Shown here: in pieces, positions 40,396-52,000 of the stretch
How the letters are laid out: the number at the start of each line of letters is the position of its first letter
How positions within the stretch are numbered: position 1 is the first letter of the stretch
Assembly: GCF_018977255.1 (NCBI RefSeq)
Contig: NW_024704742.1
Coordinates: 9,984,001-10,048,000, forward strand
Source: Callorhinchus milii
Taxonomy: Eukaryota
Reading direction: 5' to 3'
DNA: 64,000 bases
Program-made: the position numbers and the translations under genes
The notes under the pieces: model-generated
What the model saw: only the letters and a program-made list of their open reading frames with translations
Databases searched by the model: none
Told to the model about the DNA's origin: nothing

Positions 40396-41399
40396 TTCAT
40401 CCTCCAGATAACATCCGTCATTTAGTTTGTGGGTCACTGCTGTACTCAAATTGGCTGATGTATTCAACTACAAAGCACACAGTAACTACATTTTACAGTA
40501 TATCCTGTGAAGCATTTTGAAACGTCCTCCTGACATGAAGGTGCTACATCAAATGCAAGGATTATTATTAATTTTATTATTATTTGTTAATTTCAGTCCA
40601 CCCATCCTTTATTCTGCAGTAATGCTGTAGGAAGATACTTATCTATTTCAATCAATACACCAACTGCTTTGGTCGTTTTTGTTAATTCTGCCGCGTATCG
40701 ATTATCCTGTGAGTAAAATATTTCTTCCAGTCTCTCTCGTCTGCACTTTCTGTCCTTTTCTCTGATTGAATTACTGAGTGAATGACTAAATGTGCTCTGG
40801 GGCAAAGCACATTGCAAACCAGACATTTCTCTTAACAGTTTCTAGAATTTCTGCTCCAAATGCAGTTTAACAAAGGTTATTAGACTACAGTGCCTCCAAG
40901 ATGTCTAGTGGCTATTTATAGACACTGCACATATACACAATACACCACAACATTTACATACTCTGAATATATATATATATATATTATACATTAGACACAT
41001 TCCAAAAATGCACACAAGATGTTTATCCTGGTCACAAAACGTCACCACCAAAAAAAAACTATTCAGAACATAAGAATTTTCTAGGTGGAAGAAGACCAAG
41101 GTCCATCTAGTTCGCCTTCCACCATGGCGATCGCTTGACATGTTGTGTCCCAAACTTTGTATTGTATCCCTAGATATTATTTTCTAGCAGAAATCTATCT
41201 ATTTTGTTCTTGAAATAAACAACATTGTCTGCTTCCATCGTCACCCTAGGGAGTCTGTTGCCTAAGTTTACTAGTTGCTCACTGAAGTAGTGTTTCCATA
41301 GATTTGTTCTGAACTTCCCCCCCTTCAATCGCAGGTTCTACCGTTCAGTACAAGTAGAATCTTCCCTAAGTAATACAGTAACAATTGTCTATCCAGCGA

Positions 41400-41780
41400 A
41401 CAACAACAACTTGTATTTATATAGTGCTCTTCACATGAGGTAGTGTCCCAGAGTGCTTGACAATGGCGGATTCTGACCCTGAGCCAGGGGGAGGGGGCAA
41501 GAGGGAGGTGACCATAAGCATGATCAAAAAGGAAGGTCTTTGGGAGGGATTCGAAAGTGGGGAGGGAGGGGGCAAGGCGGAAGGATTGAGGGAGGGAGTT
41601 CCAGGGTTTCGGGGCATAGTGGCTGAAAGCACGGCCGCCGATAGTGGAATGGAGGGGAAGAGGGATGAACAGGAGGCCGGAACCAGCCGAGAGAAGGCAG
41701 CGGGTAGTGGAGTGGGGAGGTAAGCAGGTCGGAGATGTAGGGAGGTGCGAGAGCATGAGGGGATTTGAAAACAAGTGAGA
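41400..41780 (-). mobile_element. L2 LINE 3' fragment
   Basis: TIGGRAFSHYAPKPWNSLPQSFRLAPSLPTFESLPKTFLF in ORF 41325..41801; (CAA)n tail. Confidence 0.88.
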
Positions 41781-42692
41781 GCAAACCCATTCAACATCCA
41801 CATGGAGATCTGAATTTACATGTCACCTGCGTCAGTGCTGTTACAAAAGGCACCTCGGACAAGCAGGATGTGCTCCAAGGATTCTCCTGGACAGCACATA
41901 CCTGGGGTCCCATCGGAGCAACAACAACAAATTACATTTGTACAACGCCTTTTACGTCTGGAGAATATCCCAAGGCTCCGGAGTAGAAAGCACGCTTCAT
42001 GTGGTGCGTACTTGACTGACAGCAAACAATGTTGGAGTCACACACTGATGCATCAACTTTTTGACACTAATATTTCTCCAGAATACCAACAACCCTGATT
42101 CATTTGAGTTGACAGGAACTTGTTTGTTTGAAATCCTTTCTCAGGCCTGGAATTCCACCCAGTATTAGCCTGTACGACCACGAACATTTCAGCCCGTGCA
42201 GAAGTTAGGGAGAGTGGGGGGAAAGGGAGGAACAGTATTTCCACAGTCAATAAATAAACTGATTTGTTGTGCAGTTCAAAGACATTTATGTTGCATCTTA
42301 CCGCTTTCTAACAACTCCTCTTCCACAGGGGTACCGAATAGGAACTCGTATTTGGCCTTGGCGACACTCTGTGCGTGTGGTGATGCCTTGTTGACCCAAA
42401 CAAACTTCTCAGTCTGGGGGGAGGAAACACAAGAGTTATTATTTTGTAACGGTTTGAAAAAAAGAAAATCTTCAAAACTGTCCCCTTTTTTCCCCTGCAG
42501 GCTTGCTGTTATTCTAGGTTGTTTTTAAAAGAGATCTCTTACACTGCCAAAACACACAGCAATTTCTCATTGTTAGTCAAGTGCTCATTCCAAGTCACTG
42601 AGATTTGCTTTTCCCTCAATTTTTCTAATGACTTTTTCAGAGGGAAAATGCATTGTTACAGATTTGCAGACTTGCGTGAATCAGGGCTGTTG

Positions 42693-43060
42693 TAATAATA
42701 ATAATCCTTGCATTTTCATACAGTGCCTTATCATGTCTTTGAGACGTCTTAAAGCGCTTCACAGAATATACTGTAAAGTGGAGTGACTGTATATTTTGTG
42801 GGCGAAACACGGCAGCCAATGGCACACAGCAGTGTCCCACAAACAGTCATGGATTGAGTGACCAAATTTTTTTTCTTAAGGAATTATTATCCCCGGAAAA
42901 GTGATCCGTCAATCAACTAATAACCAAGTTCCTACTTACTGCTAAATAAACAGAGCCGTGTGGGTAAGAAAACTTGCCCAACGTTCCACCCTGGCGGGAA
43001 TAAAACCCAAGTCCTCACGCTTGCAAGGCAAAAGCTCTAACCACTAAGCTACAGGACTCC
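42693..43060 (-). mobile_element. tRNA-derived SINE, full length
   Basis: Head ends gctacaggactcc at about 43060; (TAA)n tail. Confidence 0.9.
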
Positions 43061-44062
43061 AGTATCAAAAGAGCCAGTATGACATCTAATGATAATGATG
43101 TAAAAAAGACAAACAGAAAAAGCCAAAGAGAAAGAGTGTGAAAAAAAGTTAGAGAGAGAAAGAGAGAGAGAGACAGGTATAGAGCAAAGAGAGTGAGAGG
43201 CTGAGAGAAATCGATAGAGACTATCCCAAAGGGTTGGAATTCTGTCTCTATCGAGACAGTGTAGTAGAAACAGACTCGATTGGTTTTCACACAAGAATCC
43301 CAATCTCTTTGGAGGCTAACCTCCATTACTGAGAAAGAGAGAAACAGGGAGAGATACAGAGACAAAGAGAAAAATAGCAGGAAAGGCTAAGAAAGGCCAG
43401 GGTGTGGGTCATTAGACATGATAACTAAAGACAGGAGTATTCTTTACAAGTATTTGAGGAATAATAGAAAGCCCAGTGTCAGGTAGATCTGATTTTACAT
43501 TGTCCAATGTGTATTTTCCCATGTTCAGGACAGAATAAAAGACAAAACACTATTTCTGCAATTAAAGGGTTAACTCCACAGTACAAATCACTCTCTTACA
43601 ACCCTACTCTCTGCTAAAATACAATCGCACATTTAGATCCACAAGACATCTGGGGTCTGACGCCCTGCCACTCACACACAGATGATGATGACTCCACACG
43701 CTGGTTCTGTTTCACAAGCGCTGATTTACAGTAAGCACAGCTCTTTGCAGCATCAAGAGCTACTGTTGTGTAAATGAGGACAAGCTCATGCTCACAGTTG
43801 TGACCTAAATGGGATGCATTTTTGTTGCCTAAATCACTGGTATCCTTAACAGTTGCCCTAATTTGGGGAATTAACAGGCATAAAGACATTTTCCACTGTT
43901 GCTACACAGACATTTAGTTTTCTTTTCTTAAATATTCATATTCTCATAGTCATACTTCATATTCTCCACACTTTGGTAACACGCAAATTCTTAACATCAT
44001 CCATTTAGGAAATATCTTATTTAAACATACAGCAATAAATAACAAAGCCTTTACAAACTAAT

Positions 44063-44425
44063 GGTGTCCTGTAGCTCAGTGGTTAGAGCACTCGACTCGC
44101 AAGCAAGAAACCTGGGTTTGATTCCCAGGCAGGGCAAAACGTTGGGCAAGTTTCCTTACTCCACACACCTCTGTTTACCTAGCAATAAGTAGGAACTCGT
44201 TGTTAGTCGATTGGCGGATCACTTTTTCAGGGGTAATAGTCCCTCAAAAAAATATTTGGTCACTTAATCCACGATTGTTTGTGGGAAACTGCTGTGCGCA
44301 ATTGGCTGCCGTGTTTCGCTCACAAAATATGTCAATTCACATTACGGTATATCGTGTGAAGCACTTTGAGATGTCTCGAAGTTGTGATAAGGTGCTATGT
44401 CAAATAAAAGGATTATAATCATTAT
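44063..44425 (+). mobile_element. tRNA-derived SINE, full length
   Basis: Head, body and tail present. Confidence 0.9.
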
Positions 44426-46727
44426 AATGTGGCCAGTGTTTATACATCTAAGATACTGGATCTATGATGCGGGATACCTTTGTGTCCAGCACTGTCTCAT
44501 TGATAAGAGACAAGGACAAAGAGCTTTCCGAATTGCTCAATGTTGCGATTATGACCCACACGGTCCTCGGGAGGCCCAGGTTTCATAAACCTTCAATGCT
44601 CTGGTTCCTACCCTGCGTGAGGGGTGCGATATAAATGCAAGTTGTTGTTGTTTAGTGCTGCCTTACCAGTCCTCAACAGGCCAACAATTGGAGGGTGGTA
44701 AAATGTGGCCCCAATTCAATCAATTTCAGCTAACGTTTTTAACTCGATAAATTCAACTGGGGTCAAACACCAGTGTGAGCCATAGCATAAAGGAGAAAAA
44801 AGGCTTGATAGAGATTTAACACAAGGTGTCCTAACACATGTAAACCGTGAACACTATTCAAAAAGAGAAGGGGGTTTCCTCTTGTGCTCTGACCCTCAAT
44901 TCGCCACTGGATGAAATTGGTCATTCACTTCCTGACTGTTTGTGGAGCATTTCTGTGCACAAATCGGCTGCTATGTTGGCTTACAAATACACAGTCACTG
45001 TACTTTACAATATATCCTTCAAGATATCCTCTCAATATGAAATATTTTATCAACAACAACTTACATTTATATAGCACCCTTCGGAGTGGGGTAGGGTCTC
45101 ACAGCACTATCAAATCCAAGGAAGATTTATTAATAATCCCTCAATAATCCCATGCTAACCCCGATAATGATGTCTCATAGCACAAGCATGACATGGTCAA
45201 GATAAAGCTAGACTGTTTAACTCAACTACTAGATACTGATACTCATGCACTAACATATTAATAAACCAGGGGTATTGCGAAAAAAATCTTTGTATACAGA
45301 ATGCTCTACCACAAACAGGTAATGGAAATCTGTCAATTCCCGGCAGGGCGAAACGATGGGCAAGTTTCCTTACTCCACACGCCTCTGTTTACCTAGCAGT
45401 TAGTAGGAACCTAGTTGTTAGTTGATAGGCGGATTGTTTCCAGGGTAATAATCCCTTCAAAAATGTTAAAGATAAAAATAATTTGGTCCGTCGTTCCACT
45501 CTGTTTGTGGGTCACTGCTGTGCGCAATTGGCTTCCGCATTTCGCCCACAAAATATACAATCAATTCACTTTACACTATATTCTGTGAGATGTCTCAAAG
45601 ACATGATAGACGGTTGAAAAGGAAGAATATTTAAAGATGTGTGGGGAGCGAGCAGGAGAGTGGGAAAAAAAACCAGCAACCACGGATGTGTGCGATGGAC
45701 TGAAAATCATGTCTCTGTGCTGTACGTAACATGGTTTGATTCTTGGAATACAAGGCTGCTGGAGGAGAGGGTCAGCCTCTGGCATATCTCCAGAGTTGCC
45801 AGGAGTGAGACAGTGAATGCACCGTATACAGCAGCATTTACTCACTCAGCAGATAAGACAACTCAGTCAGTGGGACTGACGCACATTGCGCACCATAGCC
45901 CAGCACAGCTGCAAGAAAAGACTGATCCACAAGTGCAACAAGCAGCTCAGTCCCCATGAAAAGGAGACCTGTTTAGGGAACCAGTGCATCGTTAGAAGCC
46001 ATCAGCTCTTATCAGGATTGCTCTCTTAACATCCGCTTGGGTTTCAATTTCTGAACGCCAACTGTCTGCTGCTATATTACACAAGTAGCTCCGAATTATA
46101 AATATGTCATAGCACACAGCAAAAATGGGTAGATTTTACCACAGCCCTCCTTATTCTTTGAATGACGTTAACAACACATACCCATGAGTAAGGTCACCTC
46201 AGCATCTCGTAGACACACCACAGATGCCGACTTTTCGTGGCTTTTCAGACAGAACTGTCAAATTATTCTGCCCCCAGACAGATAAAATAATAGTGCTGCT
46301 TTCCCTCACCACACGCAAGCACACATACACATGGGCCAAACAGTCCCATCCACTACATTTGCAGCTCCAAGCTTCACTTGTCCTTCTTCCACTAGCATCA
46401 GTCTTACCCCAAATGACTCCTGGACCAAACAAATAAAGGCCTTCCCTTGCTTACAGTACTTACAACACCACATATATTTTAAACCGGTAAGGTCTGGCGA
46501 TTTCTTTCAAATAATAATCCTTACATTTGATAGAACGCTCTTCATGTCGGGAAGTCGTCTCAAAGTGCTTCAGAGAAAATACTGTGACGTGCACTAAACT
46601 GTATATTTAGGCGAAAGCAACAGCCAATTTGCTGGCAGCACAAATGTCCCAAAATCAACCATGGATTGAGTGACCAATTTTATTTGGGGGTTGTTGACAG
46701 CTTCTCAATAGTGCCATGAGATCTTTA

Positions 46728-46992
46728 ATAATAATAATAATCCTTGCATTTGATATAGCACCTTATCACATCTTCAAGGTGTCCTAGTTGTACGCAGCAA
46801 TGTCCCACAAACACCCATGATCAATTTTTTTTTGAAGGAATTATTACCCCCGGAAAAGCAATTGACCAATCGACTAACCACCGGGTTCCTACTTACTGCA
46901 GAGGTGTGTGGAGTTAGGGAACTTGCCAGGAATCAAACCTAGGTCTCTTGCGTGCGAGGCGAGTGCTCGAACCACTGAGCTACAGGACTCCA
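46728..46992 (-). mobile_element. tRNA-derived SINE with internal deletions
   Basis: Head gagtgctcgaaccactgagctacaggactccac; (TAA)n tail. Confidence 0.85.
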
Positions 46993-47793
46993 CAATGCCC
47001 ACCTGAACATGTAGACAAGATCAAGTTGACGTGGACGCAAGAGTGCTACCACCCGAGCCAGGCTGACACAACCTTTTGAGAGCATTTAATCCTACTTAAT
47101 ATTTTATTCAGCACATTGTTCTGGATCAAATCCTGAGTTCAGAATCTGTGTCACTACCAGGAAGGCTTCTCCAGTAACTGGCAACTTGAAAAGATGATCC
47201 TCTCCTGGTCGTAAGAGGAATGGGAGCCCCAGAGGCAAGCCGATTTTCTACGCACAGTGGACGCAGACTGAGTCGGCAAATTGAATAGTGAGTCAGATAG
47301 CTATGACGCCAAGAAATTGATTAAGGAATATGAGAAATATATGAACTAAATAAATTGGCGTAAAGATGGATTGACAACGTCTTTCTCTCGAGTCCTGTAG
47401 CCAGGAGTCCACCAGAAGAGAAGCATGAAAGTGGAATATTACACCACCGCCATTCTTAAACATTTGAACAAGGGATTAAGTGAGATCTTCCTGTGGTTCA
47501 CCAGGAAAACAGGAAGAGGCGACTATGGGAACATCAAGCCTGTTCTAACAGTTTATTAGATTTTGGACAATCTTTAATTCTAATGCCCCAAGCTTTCATT
47601 GTACCCTTTATAATGATATTACGAACATCAGTTCTCAGGAGACACATCTGGCAAAGCCTGGAAGGTCCACAGTTGTCCACAGTAACACAGTGGATGGTTG
47701 ACCCACCCAGTCTGTCTGGCTCGTCAATGAGACGTGGAGGTGTACACATGTAAGCCAAAATCCCGACAGGTAGGGGAATCCCAACATAAATAA

Positions 47794-48003
47794 AAGACAA
47801 AATACCGTAGATGCTGGAGATTTGAAATAAAAACAGAAGTCGCTGGGAACACGCAGCAGGTCAGGCAGCATCTATGGAGAGAGGAAAATGAGTTAACGTT
47901 TCAGGTCTATGACCTTTCATCAGAACTGAAACGTTAACTCATTTTCTTCTCTTCATAGATGCTGTCTGACCTGATGCGTGTTCCCAGCGACTTCTGTTTT
48001 TAT
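47794..48003. mobile_element. Palindromic Penelope-like element remnant
   Basis: About 78-bp inverted arms 47827-47904 and 47926-48003; flanked by atcccaacataaataa (47778-47793) and atcccagcataaataa (48002-48017). Confidence 0.75.
47891..47927 (-). ncRNA. Minimal type I hammerhead ribozyme motif
   Basis: AGUU-CUGAUGA-A-AGGUC(AUA)GACCU-GAAAC-GUU-AACU: stem I, catalytic core, stem II, and palindromic AACGUU in place of stem III. Confidence 0.7.
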
Positions 48004-49657
48004 CCCAGCATAAATAAGGTTTGTGAAACATGACAGTACCAATCTAGACACTCCCTTCGTTCAGCAGGCACCAGTCTGCTTCACATCTCCCGCCCTATCA
48101 GCCAAACCATCAGCCAATCTTCCCCAGTTCAATGGAACTCCATCCCGGAGTACCTCTGACTTGCCCCTTCCTCACCTCTTTCAAGGTTCATCTCAAGACC
48201 TTCCTCTTCAACCATGCCATTGGTCATCTTTGCCCTCCCCATTCCCCCCCTTGGCTCACCCCCTCCTCTCCCACAGGTGCCAAGAGGCTTGGGACAGCTT
48301 CCTGATATGAGAAGCACATTTGTATAAGTCTACATTTGTACTATAGTCATAGGTAGTTTGTGTGTCAGCCTGGCTCAGTGGTAGATTCTCGCCTCTGAGT
48401 CAGAAGGTTGTGGGTTCAAGCCTCAGGTCGGGACCTGGAATCACAAAATTACATTTAAAGAGCGCTTTTCCCATCGGGAGGACAAGCAAAAGCGCTGGAA
48501 GGTCAAGGGAGATAATAATAATAATTCTTGCATTTGATATAGCGCTTTTCACGTCGGGAGGACGTCCCAAAGCGCTTCACAGAACACACTGTAAAGTGAA
48601 TTGACTGTACATTTGTGGGAGATCAGGACTGAGCTCGGCTGGGATGAACCCTGTGATTTAATAGTCTGCCTTCACTTTCCTTTCCTGCTCTGCACATGAA
48701 CAATGAACACTTTGGTGACGTGCCAGAGGTCAGTCATGCTAATTAAAAGGTTAGGTGCTTCGGCAGAGGCAGAATCAATATTAGTTTCCAAAAGGATCCA
48801 CCACTGTTTTGTGAACATTGTTGTTCACAAATAGCTGCCGTGTTTCGCCCACGATACATAGTTAATTCATTTCACAGTATATTCTGTGAAGCGCGTTGAG
48901 ACGTCTCGAAGACACGATCCGGCGCTATATCAAATGCAAGGATTATTATGATTATTATCGTTATTATTATTATGTCTAAGCAGGTGTAATTTGTACAGGT
49001 ATGGGGAAAACGTTGGCAAATGGGACTGAAAACATTGCTCTTTCAAACAGCCAGCACAGACATGACAGGCCACACGGCCTCCTCTCACACTGTAAAAGTC
49101 CAAGGTTTTATGAAGAGCCCAATCTGCCCAGCTCGGCAGAACTCCACCCAAAGTCCCCCCAACTCACCCCTGCCTCACCTCTTTTAAGGTTCATCTCATG
49201 ACCTTCCTTTTCGACCATGCCTTGAGTTATTACTGGCTCCATGAAGAGTCACTGTAATGTGTGGCTCTTACAGAAAATATTAGGAAGAGAGGGGAGGGAA
49301 AGAACTGAATCACTCCAGAGCGAAAGACTGTTACTACTTAATAAAAGTGTCTGCCATAAGCACAGTAGTTTGAAACAGTTACAGGGACTGTTGCTTTTTG
49401 TAGGACTCTTCGTTCTACACAGCCTGGTGATATCTGTGTATCAAGTCCATTAGCCTTTGGGGTATTATAGAGATACCGCTAAGATACAGGACTCTTTCTG
49501 GAGTCCTGTGAAACGTTGGTCACGTTTCCTTACTCCACACGCTTGCGTTTACCTACCAGTAAGTAGAAACCCGGTTGTTAGGCAATTGGCAGATCTTTTT
49601 TCCGGGGGTAATAATCCTTTCAAAATAAATAAAACAATTATAATTTGGTCACTCAAT

Positions 49658-50380
49658 CCATGACCATCTTGTGTGGTGTTCCTCAGAGCTCTGTCCTCGG
49701 ATGACACCCAACTCTAACTCTCTGCTTCCACCCTGGACTCCAGGACTACTGGCATCCTAACCGACTGTCTGTCCGACATCAAGTCCTGGAAGAGGGACAA
49801 CTTTCTCCCACTCAATGTCAGCAAGACCGAGGCCCTCCTGATTGGCTCGTGCCAGCGCCTCTGCACCTCGGGCACTGGCAGCATGAGCCTCCACGGCTGC
49901 ACACTCAACCTCACTAAGCCAGTCAGGAACCAGTCTTTGTTTGACCTTGAACTGTCCTTTCTCCCCCACATCCGCGCCGTGACCGGCACTGCCTACCACC
50001 ACCTCCGCAATATTGTCAGGTTCCGCCACTGCCTCACCCCTCAGGCTGCCGAAACCTCACCCACGCATTCGTCACATCAAGGCTCAATTACGGGAACTCC
50101 CTCCTCATCGGCCTTCCCAACTCTTCCCTTCACACGGTGCAGATCATCCAAAACTCTGCAACTTGTGTACTCTCACCACCAGGCTCCATGACCCCATTAC
50201 TCCTACCCTCGCCCGACTCCACTGGCTCCCCATCCCCCAGAGGATCGAATTCAAGATCCTCGTTCTCACTTTCAAGGCCATCCATGGCCTTGCCCCCTCC
50301 TACCTCGCTGACCTGCTGACTCCCTAGCAACCTGCCCGCTTTCTCCGTTCCGCGGGCTCCGGCCTGCTCCATGTCTCCAT
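49658..50380 (+). mobile_element. L2 LINE ORF2 fragment
   Basis: DPITPTLARLHWLPIPQRIEFKILVLTFKAIHGLAPSYL; same subfamily as 23266-24712. Confidence 0.9.
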
Positions 50381-51200
50381 CCTGAATAATCCAAGCGGTA
50401 AGTGACAAAAGCATGCACAAGGGTTTCGGCTGCATTTGGGGTAAGGTTCGGTCAGAGGTGGGCAATGTGACGGAGGTGGAAGAAAGCAGTCCTGGTCAGG
50501 GACCAGATGTGGGGAAGGAAGGTCAGTTGGGAGTCGAACCAGATGCCTAGTTTGCACACTGGTTCGGTGAGTCTGAGGGAGAGCTCAGAGGGGTTGAGGA
50601 GTTTAGATCTGCAGGATTGAAGACATTGACAGGAGCCAAGGAGTATGGTTTCCGTCTTGCCCATATCCAGCTGCAGTTTACACTAATCCAGGCCTTGATG
50701 TCTGCCAGACAAGCTGATAGAACATCGGCAAACCTGGAGTTGGTACTAGAGGAGGCAAAGTAGATTTGTGTGTTATCCGCATTTGGAAGTATACTCCGTG
50801 TCCGTGGATGACATCGCTCTGAGGGAGCTTATAGATAAGGAAAAGAAGAGGATCAAGGATGGAGCCCTGAGGTACTCCACATGTGACCGGGTGGGGGTGA
50901 GAGGAGGAACCATTTGCTGAGATGAAATGGAGGTGGTTGGTTAAGTAGGACTCAAACCAACTGAGTTAGATGAGGGAGAAGAGCTGATGGTGGAAGATGG
51001 TTCGAACACGGCAGAGAGATCCAGGAGGACGAGGAGGCAGAGGGAGCCCTGGTCACAGATAGAGAGAATGTCGTTTGTGACTTTGACAAGTGCTGTGTCT
51101 ATGTTGTGGGCAGTCAGGGCGAAAACCAGACTGCAGGTACTCAAGGACGGAGTGGAAGGAGAGGTGTGACCAAAGTTGACCTGCAACAATGTGTTCCACG

Positions 51201-52000
51201 TGTGAGAAAATAAAATCAGCCATAATCCGTTTGCAACCGGATATTTGACTGTTTTATTATTATTCGTTCGTTATTCCCCAATATCCCGATGGGTCAGACC
51301 AAAGGCCGGTACAATCAACAGATCTTATAACAGAACAATACCACCGTAGATATTTCGAGTGGAACACTGTGTCTTTGCAGCACACAAGCTTGATTCTTCA
51401 TGCTTTCAGTCTTCTTGCTTACAGCTTTCAATCTTCCATCTGATATCCTCAGTCTTAGTGTTTCTAGCTCTCAGTCTTCCATCTCCCGTACCCTTGTCTC
51501 CGCGACCCGGGATGGCCCCATCTCCCGTACCCTTGTCTCCGCGACCCGGGATGGCCCCATCTCACGTACCCTTGTCTCCGCGACGCGGGATGGCCCCGTA
51601 CACAAAGTTATCGTAACTCTTATACTGATGTTCATCCAATCATGGTGCGGACATTAGATCACCTGGCCGAAATCATGCTGGGTCATCATGGTGTGTACGT
51701 GCCTCAGCACACATACACATTGTCCTTAAGACCCCTGTTATCTGATGCTTGTTACTTTGTTAGGTGGGATCATTAGTACATTCCTTTTAAGTGACTGGTT
51801 ATTTCTTATCAGATGGAACCAAGGTCCTCTAATTTAAGCAACTTGCTTGTTAGCTGCTATTCTTGAGGGTTGCCTTTTGTTGCTCTTGAGTGTTAATCAT
51901 GAGTGTCAGTCCAGTTGCCCCCCACACTTAACTTAAAAGTTAATCCGTTCGCAACATCTATTATGATTCTAACATTATACAAAAACTGTAAATTCTAACA
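51201..52000 (-). mobile_element. Solo LTR, 800 bp
   Basis: TGTGAGAA...TTCTAACA termini (7/8 inverted match); 4-bp flanks cacg/catg; minus-strand TATAAG at about 51619-51624 and AATAAA at about 51253-51258; interrupts the L2 ORF2. Confidence 0.85.
51479..51595. repeat. 3 x 39-bp tandem repeat inside the LTR
   Basis: ccatctcccgtacccttgtctccgcgacccgggatggcc x3; the third unit has 2 substitutions. Confidence 0.95.

Noticed and set aside
45846..45908. 63-nt minus-strand exon (tcttttcttgcag|...|gtgagt)
   Set aside because: Splice signals are plausible, but phase 0 hits a stop, the phase-1 peptide is unrecognised, and such signal pairs occur by chance
51479..51595. CRISPR-like array
   Set aside because: Units are head-to-tail with no unique spacers, lie inside an LTR, and have no cas genes nearby in a vertebrate context
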